This document shows positions 44,413-59,400 of a stretch of DNA of 64,000 nt, piece by piece (within the stretch, counting starts at the first letter, position 1; every line of letters starts with the position of its first letter). The stretch is from NCBI RefSeq assembly GCF_964355755.1, contig NC_092675.1, forward strand, positions 7,001,812 to 7,065,811, written 5' to 3'. The notes below the pieces were generated by a model. It was not told where the DNA came from and made no database searches. It saw nothing but the letters and a program-made list of their open reading frames with translations. The DNA is from Antedon mediterranea (Eukaryota > Animalia > Echinodermata). The position numbers were made by a program, and so were the translations under genes.

Positions 44413-47400
44413 TTAAATGTCAGAAGATCCGGTATCTGTTTTACTTAAAGCGATAGCAATTTTCAAATCTTCTTCCTCTTGTAAGGCCGATGTCTGTCTA
44501 TCCTTTTCAAGTTGTTCACTTTCTTTCTTAGCCCATTCTAATTGTTGTTCCTCTGTCATATTTGAGTCAAACTGTGAAATAGATTAAAGGTTGTGTAACA
44601 TTAGGTCCATCCAAAGGATGTATAATACTAATAGTAGAGGTAGCAAGGAGAGATAATGGGGGCAGGGACTGGTCGACTATGGAAGAAAGATGAATACAAA
44701 AATCATTGTTTACAGATATAAATACACTGTAATTTACTACAGTATATTTATATACCGTATTATATATTATACTTCTTTAAAAACAAGGCTGTAGCCAGGA
44801 TTGTAAAGCTTGGTTCCCACTAGAACGTAACGCAAGGACGTAAACGCAACGCAAGCGTTTTAACCAATGACAAGCGAAGTTATAGACAGTTAGCAATCAA
44901 AAGCGAATAAGCCATCGCTTGTGATTGGTCAGTTCACTTGCGTTGCGTTACGTCCTTGTTTTGCGTTGCTAGTGGGAACCACGCTTTACAGAGGGAAGTT
45001 CATTTTCCGCTAAACAGTGTAAACAATATGGACTAGGGACAATGGAAGAAAAAAGTGTTTAAAGGTCTAGCCTAGTTGATGACAAATGCCTGCTGGTTTT
45101 ACAAGGTAGGATTGACCAAAAAATGTCACTTTTACTGCTTTACTTGTCTCTAGTATGAAATTGAAACTGAGGAAAATGATTTTTCGAAACCTACAAACTA
45201 TTCTGAATACTGGCTTGAAATGAATACTGTACTAAATACTTCATATACAATGTGAATTCTATATGTCTAAAAATCATTATATATCATAAGATGATCACAT
45301 GGGTAAAATGTCAAAGTGTTTATTCAACTATTACTGAGAGCTTTGATAAAACCACTTATTGTGCCGCGTTTCATCTTCCAGACATTATTGTTTACATTTC
45401 TAAAAATATAGTACTGCATGAAACAAATATGGAAGGGATTAGACCTATTATTTCATCAAGATTTTGTTCCCTCTCAATAGAGTTCTGCGGTGTGACGTCA
45501 CAACGATAGAAGGTGCTGCATGGTTGCTACTCAACCAAAAAATTCTTTCAACGCTACTATGTTGATAAACTGTATAGATTTGTATTTCTATCAAATTATG
45601 TATCTTAGCTTTATGTTTTTAAACTTAACTGTAGTTGAAGAATAAATAGATTATTAAAAACAAATATTTAGTGATCTTTTGAAATTTTAGTTTGTTTTTA
45701 TTGAAAATTATTAAGTTTTAAAATGACTACTTCAATAAGCCTATTTCAAACCATTGGTGACCTTGGAGTCACTCAGGCAGGTTGAACGCATTTTTTGGTT
45801 GGTTAGCAACCACACAGCGCCACGTACTGTCGTGATGTCAGCACCGCAGAACTCATAACAAAAGGTTAGAGCTGGAATCGGGCTACAGCTGGACAAATAA
45901 TATGCAGATTTTCAAATGGAACTTTCTATGAAGATCATAAATATAAGATTAACTATTATGATCATGATATGATCATACTATATTAACTTTATTAATTTGA
46001 ACATGGGCCAAAAAAATGACATGCTCATGAGATTATTAGTAAAGAATAATTTAATAACAGTTTTCGAAACATAAATGGGAATAAAAATGAAGTATTACTA
46101 AAATGATTTGTAACTATATTATTATAATTGTTTATAGTTAAATAAAAATAAAGAAACTGAACTGAAAATTATTTTAATAAATCATAGAGCTATAGATGAA
46201 TTATTTTATAGCTACATGGTTTAATATTAATTATTAGAAGTATATTAATGGTTTTATTGTACCACCTAAACCTTGAAACATCAGCAATGTATTTAAAAGG
46301 AGGAACTATCTATCTGCAGTATGTTAATATTCTGAATTTCTTAGTGTCATACTATTAAACTAATACAAAAAAAGGGGAAAAAGCAACCAATAGGAATCGA
46401 TCTTTTACATGACTACATGTCTCTGTGTTAGAACTAACATTAATGCAAATAAATAAACTAAGCAATTAACAACAGTGCGAGTGATTTAGTTAAACGTGGA
46501 GTTAAATCTAAAATGTTTAAAATGAACAACGTTTTGAAAAATGAGTTTTATATTGAACATATGTTTCATGTGAAATTTCAGTATACCATAAAAATTGGCC
46601 CTTTACTTGGAAAAGTTCTGTAAAAAGAAACATGTTTTAATTAAGTGTTGATAATAAAAATGTTAAAGTTATATTATACACAGGCAGTAATGTACGTGTT
46701 TCAAACCAGGCATATTATTTTGAATGAGATCTTTTTTTCTCTCTTAATCATAATGATGCACTTTTTTCTGTGGTGCTACATGGTACCATGGTATTATGCA
46801 TCTTAGCATCATCACCTAGTGCACCCAATGTTTTTAAAGTTAAATTATTTTTAAATGGATGTGTATACGCTGGCAGCGGAACTAGCGATAACCACTACTT
46901 ACCTTTCCAAAATCTGCAAAACCAGCAAAAGGATCAGCTCCTGTATTCTCTACAGGAGCACCAGATGGTCCGAAAGGATCCCCAGATTTAGGAAGAGAAC
47001 TAGTGCCAGATGTAAAAGGGTCATTTGACGTTGATGAAAATGGATCTTGAGAAGATGCCGATCCCATAGAGAATGGATCCTTTGAACTGCTACTGGAGGA
47101 GAATGGGTCCTTTCCACTGCTAGTAGATGTGGATGATATCAGAGAAGAAAACGGATCTGATCCAACAGATGGGAATGGATCTTTTGAAATGCTATTTGAT
47201 GAAAATGGGTCGTTGGCGTCTGTTGTGAACGCTTGAAATGCACCCTGTGTTTTTGACTTTGAGTGTTGTTTCTTGGGTGGTAATGCTGGTCTTTCGTCGG
47301 AGGTTTTAAATGGATCACTGGAAAATGGTTCTGATTTGGAATTCTGAAATGATACAATGATGTGCATGTCCAATGAAAACTCCACTTCACACGATGATTT

Positions 47401-50400
47401 CATTCTATTTAGGCTTCATACATTGTTTATTTTTTCAACTTCTCACTAATGTACATTAGTGAAGGATGTGGACCAACCGGTGGTAAACACCTCTAAAACA
47501 GTCCAGTCCCAATTGCACAGTGGCTGTGTGTGAGAGTGGCTGTGTTTGTGTGGACTAGTACACCGGGGTAAACCCCTCGAAAGATGTACTGGGTTCTTTA
47601 GAGTGCACACGAGCTATATGTACACTGGACCTACGGTTTATAGTCTTTATCCGAGAAGATTTGTCTACCACCAGAACCATTGAGCGAGCCTGGAACCCTT
47701 ACCAATGTTATGGCTACGTAATTACGGTTCCACTGTCTTTAAACACTCAGCCACTCACTCGCTCAATTGTATATTTCAATTTTACATTCTAAAGTTGGTA
47801 TAAATTGGGCATGAAAAAAGTAATTATCTTGATAATCACTTTTTTTTAAATACACATATTAGCAACTTCTATGCAGCTTTCACTTTTAACTTCCTCATTT
47901 TCTGCCATTTTCATTGGATGCATTGAAGGTTTTTTTGGAATGTCAGAGTTTTTCAAAAATGTGTTAAATTATACAGGTAATTTCCAAACCAAATTTGAAT
48001 ACAGAGGTTACCAATCATGAGTCCTTTGCCATTTTAAAAATTTGTATGCACATGAGCCATAGGCAGATACAAGGAGGGGGTTCCAGCCAGCCCCTTACAT
48101 TTCGGAAATTGCAATATAAAAGATAGGTATAGATAGGCTAAGATTAACATTTCACAATTGCTAACCCCTCATCTGACCTACTTCGAATCCCTGGACCCAC
48201 CACAGTTACAGCACCCCAGTTTCAGCAATATGAAAATAAATCAACTGAATATGGCATGATGCTTGAGACAATGAATGTACAACACAGCAAAAGTTAACAG
48301 CATGTTAGTATGACAGAACTTACTTGGTTAGAGAAATCTGTGGGAAAGGCCGAGCTACCGCCAAATGCATCTAAGGCATCAAACACATTGCTAGATGATT
48401 TACCTGCAACAACCATAATACCACATTTAAAATAAATAATAACAGCATTCAGATAACATAACACTAAATATTAGATATATTGTCCCCTTTAAATAAAATA
48501 ATTAAAACATTTTTTTTTTAATTGAATATACCATTTTAATGTACATTATATATAAATTTTAAAATTATCCAACTGTTTTACTATTTTCTTTTTATGAATG
48601 TTTAAAACTATTTTTTATCAATTACAATTATATATATTTATATTTATAGCTTTTCGTAAAAAAAAATGTAATTGTTTCTGGTTGAATGTAACTGTATATT
48701 TTGTCTTTTTACAAAGCAAAATCTTTATTTACTGATATGATATGACTTAAATTAAATAACTATAAAACATCAAAATGAATAGCTGTTATTAAACAGTTTT
48801 GACCAATACATCTTCAATTAAAAAATCAGCTCATTTTTACATGGAAATTTGATATATTATATATATTTGGAACTACTCACTGTCTGATTGACCATTGACA
48901 AGGCTTGTTGATGAGAATGGATCAGATTGAAAAGGATCATCCTGAGCTGTTGATGTCTTGGAACCAAAAGGATCAGTAGTTGACCCGAATGGATCGCCAG
49001 CAAAAGGATCTGCTGGAAATGCTTCACTTTTAAAAGGATCTGAAATTGGTACAAGTACATTACCATCGATACAAGAAAATAATTGTATTCATACTGGGTG
49101 ACTTCATCAGTACAAGACAGTTCTCTCTTGTGAGTGAGTGGCCATAACATCGGCAAGAGTTCGAAGCTCAATCACTCCTTAATTATGGTGGTAGAACGAG
49201 TCATCTCGTACAAAGACTATGAATTATCACACAGGGAGGCAATCCCTGTACTCTAATACTAGTAGTGTACTTTATGGTGCACATGTGTAATGTATGTATA
49301 CAGGACCAACAGCTTTATGTTCCATCCGAAGGATGAGGCAATGTAAATAATCTTGCCTAAGGATACAAGCAGACAGATCTCAAACACATGCCTCTCACAT
49401 CCTAGTTTTGTTCATAAACACTACAGGCTATTGGATTTAAAAGTTGAATTTACAACATACCTTCTTTAAATGGATCTGTTGTTTTAAAAGGATCTGGTGT
49501 GACTGATCCGCCATATCGACCACTAAAAACATCTTTATTTTTAAATGGGTCATCCTGAAATTACAACAATTAATAAAACATCAATACAATAATTGTCATG
49601 TCAAATATAATAAACAAAAAACATTTCTAAAGCTCTGTGTACACTATCAAACTAGTTTGACAAAAAAGGTGTAAAGTGCTCAAATATGGTAGTAATATGT
49701 CCATGTCTATATATGGGCACATCATATGTTTTTGTTAAACTAAATTGATAGTATAGACAGAGCTTAAAGCCCCAGTACCAAAAATTTTTTATGTTTTGTA
49801 AAAATAATGCATATATATTACATTAAACCAGGTTATTCCTTATCTTAAATGTTATGTTTTATGGTAAATTATGATAAGAAGAGAGAAACAATTTTGCACT
49901 ATCTAAGTATGAGAATCGACTTATTTTTCACAGTTTTAACCGTTTAAAGATGAAAAATGTTATCGCAATAGGACCATATAATAGTTATTTGTACATTTAA
50001 TGTAGTTTGTGACCTTAAATTAGATCTAAAAGACGTAGGGAATGGGACTTTAAGGTACTGAGTGAAGAATATTTGATAAATGTGCATTGGTTCTTTTCTA
50101 CATGTAAACTAAATAAACGTACCTCTACAAAATCTTCCATTTTACCTGTAACTTCAGAATTCATACTAAATCCACTAGTTATGCTACTTCCTGGGCTTCC
50201 TCCGGGCTATAAAATAAATTAAAACAATTTATACAACACCTAAATAAATTCCTGTCATTTGATTGGACGATTGTTGGTCACATAATAGTAATCTTATCGC
50301 ATTTGGAAAATATTTTTTATACTATTTCTTTTGAAATACAACCGCGCCGCCTATTTTTTACTTCCACCGCGAGGACTCAGTTTGTTGACTGGTATCACGA

Positions 50401-53400
50401 CAGAAGTATTTTTGGAGAGAAATAATATGTATTAATTTAAACCAAAAAAAGCATTTAAATTAGCTTTAGACTGTTTGTATTATTACAGTGTAATTTATCA
50501 ATGTTTCTGTAGTTTTAAAGAAGAACGAGAGTTTACAACCTTAAAAAACATTACTTTATAAAGTCTAGTATAAAAATACAAAATAATTTATTTCCATTTG
50601 ATAAAAATGCTTGATTGTATGTTTTATATAACTACTGTATGTGACATTATGTGATTTGCATTATAATTGATATAACAGATTATATATATAGTAATAATTT
50701 ATATTTTTATAATGTAACTGAAAATCTATTTGGATGCTATGTAAAGGCCAACTCAGACAGCATAGTACACCAAGGCCCGAAAAAATGTCTTGTCTCCTTG
50801 ATGCTGTTTGAGTTGAATCCTGGTGAGAAAAGTCGTCTTAAAAATAGCGCCGCGGGCGTAGTTTTAGGTCGTTTCGAGAACTTTAAACATGTTAACATTT
50901 TCAGTCTGAGTTGGCCTTTACAAAAACAATCTTTTGAATAACTACCTGTTGTCGGACATTCATGACATCAAGGTCTTGTGAGAGCGCCATCTTGTCTAGT
51001 TCATGTACAGCTAATATTTCAGCCGTCGTCCCAGAGTCGATGGCATTATTAATTTGTGTGATGCTGTTATTTAGTTTATTTTGACTTTCTTTTAATATAT
51101 TAATTTTTGTTTGGACCTACAAGAAAAAATAGTGTTTATTAATTACACATAAATTAAATAACATACATTAACAATTCCAATCAAATTGTTAACTACTACG
51201 CTAAGTAGCTGTACATATGGGAGCAAAGTAATTGGCTTGCCCTTCCCTGTCATAACTGTATGAATGCTAATAGTAGTACACAAACAGTGTATACGTCAGA
51301 GTAGGCCAAACCATCAGTAATAATTCTCAAACAAATTTAGAAAAGTATACTCTACATTTTTCAAAAACAGCTCATTTGTTGTGAGAATAAGTGTAACATG
51401 TATCCAGACAAAATTATAATAAAAATGTTTCATATTTATATTCAGAATCATATAGAATTGTCTTTTAAACTCTATGGAAAGAGACGAAGCAAAACATAAA
51501 ATACAAGTTATTTTAATTGTAATTATTTTATAGTTTAAAATATCCAACCTGTTGTATATCTTGATTGGTTGTTGTTAATGTCTTATTCAACATATCAACT
51601 TGACCTTTGCCCTGTTCAATTTGTTGTTCTAACTGATTTTCCTCTTGGCGTAAATTGTTTAATTCCACACGAGCACGATTAACCTCGTCTTCTTGGTTCT
51701 TTAAAGTAATACATTAAAATAAAATTCTTTAGTGTACAATATTTTCATTATAGAATTGGTTTGTTTAATGTTTATTTTTTTAGTTTAGCTACATTCAGTT
51801 CATCATGATCAACTTACTCATGATACTCAATTTGAACACATCATTGATGATGGTTTTGTATTAAGTATACTGTTTATGCCAAGTTAGCAAATGGTGAGTT
51901 AAGACGGGTATTAAACCTACATTTCTAGAAGATGCTTTATAATTTTTTTTTTATTGACACATAATTTTGTTACATCATTGATCATAGTTTTATTGAGTAT
52001 ATCATTTTATGCCACATTAGCTGTGGTGAGTCATTGTAGGCTTACATGTCTAGAAGATGTTTTATAATTTGTAAACTGGTTTTACACACATAATTTTGAG
52101 AAAAAAACACTGATGGAAGTTATACATATTGAATATGAATACTAGTACTAGTAATTCACTCATATTGAGTTGAACCATACAATTGTTATCGTTTCCTGTT
52201 TTTATGAATATAATATGTTTAATGAGGCAAACCCACAACCCAAAACAACCAAATAAGGAAAACAAAACAAATATACACTACACACCTTAACTGATTTTTC
52301 TTGATTTGATATTTCTAATTTCAATTCATCAAGATTTTTTTTGGCTTCTTCAAACTGTTGTTTAACTTCCTTTAATAATCCTTCTAATTTATCCTTCTGT
52401 TGGTCTAATTCATCTAGCTTCTTTTGTGCCTCTCCCTTTTGGTCCTCTAATTGTTTTACTTGTGTTGATGTTCTGTCAAGTTCCGATTGTAATGACTACA
52501 AATAAAGGTTTAACAACATGTGATAAGAAAAGTATGGAAGAGGAGAGCTTTGATAACAATGTAATACAGTAGGACCTCTCCTAATTGTTTTACTTGTGTT
52601 GATGTTCTGTCAAGTTCCGATTGTAATGACTACAAATAAAGGTTTAACAACATGTGATAAGAAAAGTATATGGAAGAGGAGAGCTTTGATAACAATGTAA
52701 TACAGTAGGACCTCTCCTAATTGTTTTACTTGTGTTGATGTTCTGTCAAGTTCCGATTGTAATGACTACAAATATTAAGGGTTTAACAACATGTGATAAG
52801 AAAAGTATATGGAAGAGGAGAGCTTTGATAACAATGTAATACAGTAGGACCTCTCCTAATTGTTTTACTTGTGTTGATGTTCTGTCAAGTTCCGATTGTA
52901 ATGACTACAAATAAAGGGTTTAACAACATGTGATAAGAAAAGTATATGGAAGAGGAGAGCTTTGATAACAATGTAATACAGTAGGACCTCTCCTAATTGT
53001 TTTACTTGTGTTGATGTTCTGTCAAGTTCCGATTGTAATGACTACAAATAAAGGGTTTAACAACATGTGATAAGAAAAGTATGGAAGAGGAGAGCTTTGA
53101 TAACAATGTAATAGAGTAGAAACTCTCCTTTGAAAGGGAAATTACACCTATAATGTTTGCATGGCGAAATCAAATGTTGATATAAAATGTTTGCGGTACA
53201 CCAGTCCAGGACTTTCTGCATTCTCACTCTTGAGGACGATCAAAGCATACTGATCAAAACGTCCAGTTCTTTTCAGAACTAATATACGTGGTGTATCGCA
53301 AACTTTATGTCAAGGGTAATAATGTTTTTAAAACTATGGCTTCTCTATGTAGGCGACACTTTGTTAGGTTCTGAAGGCATCCCTTTGATATATGGATACT

Positions 53401-56400
53401 ACTGTACAATTCTTATAAAAACAAAAGTGTAAATGAGTTGTATTATATTAATTTTGAAAACCATAATTTGTTATCTAGATTTAGTTTGGGAGTGCTGTAT
53501 GTTATATATACACAAAAATCTACAATAATAATATTATAGACCTAGTTAGTTATGTACTTCCAAAAAAAGTATCCGTAAGCTAACAGTATATACACATTTC
53601 ACTACAGTACCCCTAAGCTAACAGTATATACAACATTCACTAAAGTACCTGTATTTCAAGTGTTTTCATTTTAACATGCTCTTCCTGTTCTTTGATTTCT
53701 GCTTTTAAACTATTCTTTTCTTTATTATAATCATCTATTTCTTTTTGAAGATCATCTAATTCTTTGATGGCATTGAAGTCAACGCCAACTGCCCCAGCTA
53801 AACCAAGATCCTGTGGCGAGAGAGAAATGTTTGTTACTAATAGATACTGATGCGATTATAAGCCCACCTTGGGATATAAATCACCAAATAGTATTTATAA
53901 TTTTTTACAAGCATCCTGCTTATACTCCATTACACTTTATTTGTTAGTTCTAAAAGCTAAAGTATCTTTAAACTATAGAAAAAGAGGGTGGGGGAAGGGG
54001 ATTTTGTAAGTTTTTTTGCACTAGAACAAATTAATCAAGTAAACAGTAAATTAATTATTTAATAGCTTATTTTGTATGTGCTTAATGTTTTGCTTTACTG
54101 TATTCAGCCATTCAGTTCCGCTAAAGTTCTTTTTTTTTTCAGAAAACAAACCGAATTTCTAAATAATATTGATTTTTTAAATTATAAACCATTCAATTTA
54201 CTTACTGAAAGCATGGCTGATTCTGACCCTGGCTTAGGCCTTGATGACGGTGGGATCATTTCTGATGTAAGATGTTCTGGCGTCTGCTTACCCTGTTTTG
54301 CCTCTTGTACTAGATACATGGCCAATGCAAACTGTTCAGAGTTTAACTTCCCTATTTGCTTTATATCACAAAGATTCCTAAAAAAACATTCACAAATTAC
54401 CGTATAATGATAATGAGTCCTCTAATTTAGGCTAGATCTGATGATAAATCCAATGTTAATGTAATCAGGCCTTTTTTTGTGAAAATTATAGGGGTGCTTC
54501 AACTTGCACTCCTCAATACATTCAGGGATGCTGTAGGTGTGCTATTTGAATTTTGGTGTGTAGAAGTTTACCAACTGTAAATCGCACTCCTCATGGGCAT
54601 TTTAGGAGTGTGTTAGGTGAGTGATCGCACTCGTTCGCATAAAAGACAAGGCCTGTGTAATCCAAGTATAATCCCATGAGGCATTAGAGTGTTTGGATTT
54701 CATTATGCACATGTTCAATAGCAACTCTTCTACCTAGTATAAAGTACAAATTACATCAGAGTAGTGCAAAACATCTGACCAATTACTCAACACCAAGACG
54801 CAAAGCTACTCCACAGAAGTTACAAACAATTACAACTCTTTTACCATCATCAATGTACAGTAATATATATTTCTCAACATATGCAGTTTTTAGAACTGTA
54901 GCTATTCACCAGACCTTGAGACATCTGTAATTTATGATCACAAAAGGCAAGACACAAAAGTAGAATGCAAATATCAACAAGCTTAATCGTCAAAAATAAT
55001 AAAGGCATTTAACCTCCAGGTACAATAAAAGTAATTTTGTTATATTGCATTACAAAAAAGGAAAGAAATTTACCATATTTGGGCTAATATTGTCTGTGGT
55101 AGCCCTGATTGAATTAGAGTATCTCGAACCTCTTCTCCTGTGACGAAACCATCAACATCAGAATCGATTCTTTTAAATACAGCATCATAATTTGTTTTAT
55201 CTTGAGCAGTTACAACCCAGGAACTTGGTGTATGAGTAACTAAGGGCTAAAAAATAAACAATATAATATGTAATAATAATAAATATGTAATTATATTCAT
55301 TACACAGTTAAGCTCTGTCTACACTATCAAACTTTATTTACAAAAAATGATTGTTTATAAGTAGGATTGGGAAAATATTTTCACAAATTGAACAGATTAA
55401 ATTTTCTAGTTAATGTGGCAAAATGGCAAAAACTAGCAAATTAAAAGAGGTAACACTCTGATTTGACACGAAATTCTAATATTGAACTACGGTTTAATAA
55501 AACCATTGAATATAACTATCACCATTCAATAGATCTATTATTGTAAGGCATGTGATATAAAACTACCAATCAAATCACAAGGATACACATGCATGCTATA
55601 AAACACATTTTTTACTTTTACTTTGAAATGAAATATTTTCTACTGACCAATTTTTTCTATTACATTATCAAATCATTTACTGTAACTGTTAAGCTCTGTC
55701 TACATTATAAAATTTTATGTGACAAAAAAAGGTGATTTGCCCATATATGGACTTGATGATGTCACATCACTACCATATTTGGGCACATCACACTTTTTTG
55801 TCAAACTAGCTTAAGACCATTGCAATTTAAAACAAAGATTATTACTATTATTTCTCTATGGTAATACTTACATGGGTTTGTTTAGCTGGAATCAATGGTG
55901 AAGATGTAGGCGATATCTGGGGTGAAAAACTTGGTTTCTTAAGTGGTACACTAATTTGTCCTCCTGGAAGCACTGGAACCGCTCCTGCTAACATAGGCTT
56001 CTTTCGTCTTGATGGTGGTATCAAATTTGGTGTCAGAACAGCAGGGAGCGCCTCATTTTCCATAGCTCTTCTTACTAAATGCATTGCCTTTATGAAAAAA
56101 AAAACAGATAAAATATTATGTAAGTGGAGATGATGCATTCTGTATTATTTTGTCTGTGTTATTTGTTAATTTTAGCACCTTTAGCACTCCATCATACATT
56201 TCAACCCCTGGCAAAAAAGATAGGGAACTGTGGAGGTAACATATCATTGTGCAATTTTTCCTTTTTAATATTGTATTTTTGATAGTTTTAATAATTTTAT
56301 GATAACAGTTTTTAATCTGTATGTATTATATATAAACCTAGCTTTTAATGTATCTTTGTGTATTTTGTTGTAATCTTCTGAATTTGTATAGTATAAATGT

Positions 56401-59400
56401 AAATGTATTTCCATTTGATATTACTATGAACAATGCATTTCAGAAACATTATAATCAATCGTTTTCTTTATTATGTTTAAATACATATTTTTTAGAGTGG
56501 ATATGACTATTGTAAGATTTGTATTGTTAAGTGCTTTTCCTTTCTTTATTTATTTTTCCACCTTTAGCACCACTTCATAGTGTGAACATGCATTAATTTG
56601 TTACAAATATTATTCTTTATTTGTAAACAAAAGCGGATATTGGTTCTCTAAAAGGAAACCAACATGGAAATGTTTATGCTTAATTGTTTCATGAATTGTA
56701 TATTTTTTTTACCACAGCAAACTCTTCCTTGTCCAACAGACCGTCCTTATCAATATCACTTAAATCCCAGATCTAAATAAAAAAACAAAATAAATGAATG
56801 AAAACACAATTATCAACTGATTACAAAGGGTTAGTTAAGAAAAAATATCATTATTATATGAAGTCTGTTGTTGTTTTTGGAGTTCCTAATTTTTGAATAA
56901 TTATTTATATTTTATATTTTTATTTTCAGGAGCCTATTATTTAAGTTATTAGTAAAGTGAAATAAAATGAAATGTGAAGCACAATAAATGCTGTACATTA
57001 AAAATTAAAATAATTAAAATTGCTGACAGAATATATTCATAAATTAGTAAATTTTCTTCATTTTCTTTGTTGTTTTGTTCTTTAATATTTTATTCGGCCC
57101 CCCAAAAGGAAACTAATTCTTTTTTTAGGATTAATTGGCTTGTTCATCTTCATACATTTCTCCTTTGTTTTTTCCTGATGTTTTATTATTTTAATGTTAC
57201 TTTTACAAATATGTATGATGTAATAAAAACAAATATCTTGTAGGCCTGAAGCCAGAAAACATTTTTGGATTTTAAATGATATTATCATTATTACCATATT
57301 AGTCAAGTATAGCTTAGTACTGGTAGAAGTAGATACACCACTATACATTCATGCTTAATCTTTGTCAAGTTCTTAAGAGTGTAAGTGGTACCATAGATAT
57401 GTTAATTTTTCCTAAATGAATAGTTAAACATTTGATATTTTCAGTAAACCTTACCTTGCTAAGCTTTTCCAACGGCAGTTTTGAATTCATTAAAACTGGT
57501 TTCACCATATCCCCTGTTACCTTTCCATCTATTGGACCCAAACTTTGAAAAGTGAGGTCATAATTTACTTTTTCTTCAGGCTAAAATGACAATGTTAATG
57601 ATGACATATTTTAAGAGGATGCCAAATAGTATAATTAATTATTATCTCATACAGACATAACGATTTTGATAGATGGCCCTAGCTACCTAAAGGTATATGC
57701 TCTGTCTACACTATCAAAGTAGACAAAAAAGTATGATGTTCCCAAATATGGTAGTGATATGTCCAAATATGGTAGTGATATGCCCAAATATTGTAGTGAT
57801 ATGGCATCATCATGTCCATATATGGGTACATCATTAAAACAGCTTAATGCTCTGTCTACACTATCAAACTTTATGTGAAAAATAAATGTGATTTGCCCAT
57901 ATATGGACATGATATGTCATTCATATTACTACCATATTTGGACCACCATACTATTGTATATTTAAAAAAAATAACTGTTTACCTTGATTGGCCATGGTTC
58001 TGGTGAGCTTGATGCAGGTGGGGTAGTTTTTGGAGAATGCATTGGGTAGTTGGTCTAGTAATAACATATTGAAAAACTTTTGAGTAACTTTAAAAATACA
58101 ACTAAATTGTAATTATTTTGAATAGATGAAACTGAAGCCAATTACACATTAAATACTTTGTACACCATTAGGAAAACATTTCCTGGTCTGCTGAATGAAT
58201 GGTGGCCGCCATCGACCCATATAAAAATGATTTCTTCAGTTTTTAATACCATTAAATCAAACAGTTTTACATTCATAAAATATGAAAATTGAAAAACAGA
58301 TATATTAGTACATTCACATACCATAGATGGCAATGGTACAGGTGTATTGATATTGGCCATTGAAACGTCTTTTCCATTTTGAGCTAGAGCGATTAGTTTT
58401 AATGCCACGAATATTGCCTGAAAAATTAATTTCATTATAAAATTCATAAATCATGATTAAAATAAAAGGTTAGAGTTATTAGGGGATAAAATGAATGAAT
58501 TATTGAACAGATGGTGAATAAATGTAATGTTTTTTTATATTGACACTTTATAAATTTGATAATGCATTCCTAGTAAAAGGTGCTATGTTAAAAATGCCTA
58601 GTGAATTCAAATATTAGGCCTTATGCTCTAGAGGTGCTACCTTGACCCATGGTGGACTAAGTTCTGAACAATAATCTTCTGGAGGAGGGGACTGCTCTAG
58701 GAAGCTAATTCCACTTTGAGGATTTAAGAGCTATTCCTGGTGGTGTACCATACAATTGTTTTGTGTATTCTTCTTATCTGTGTGTTTGTTCTTCCTGTAT
58801 GATATCAGCACAGTTCAATACATTCAGGGGTGCTGTAGGTGCAGTGCTGTTTGTATTTTGGTGTGTAGTTTACCAAAGTTAAGCATGTTGTAAATCGCAC
58901 TCCTTAAGGGCCGTTTTTGGAGCGTGTTAGGCGAGTGATCGCACTCGCTCGTTTTAAAAGACAAGGCCTGAGTTCTCTATTTTTGTGTGTGTTCATGCTT
59001 TGTGTTTTTGGCTTAGGCCCACTGATAAAGTGTACAGTATGCAAATAAAAAGAATATTTAAACTTGCCTGTTTGTCTAGGTAGCCTCTGCCACCAGGGTC
59101 TGACAGTTCCCATATTTTGTGTAAAGTTGACTCTTTCAAACCAGATCGCTTCAGAAAAACAGCAGCATCAGTTGCTCCAATCCGACCAACACCAAATTTG
59201 TCAAACTACAAAAATAAATAAATAACTAGACATGTAACTCGTCACTTTGACGAGTTTGGTTATCCGCCGCGCAAGTGGTGCAACATTAACATTAAGGGGA
59301 TAGGTTGAGGACAAAAGGAAGTGTTCACGTTGGCATTATGACCTGAACTGAAGAATATGATATGTTGTTATTGCTGAATTTTATTATTTAAATTCATATA

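Noticed and set aside
52447-53128. CRISPR-like array
   Set aside because: Whole units are near-identical with no unique spacers, the context is eukaryotic and there are no cas genes.
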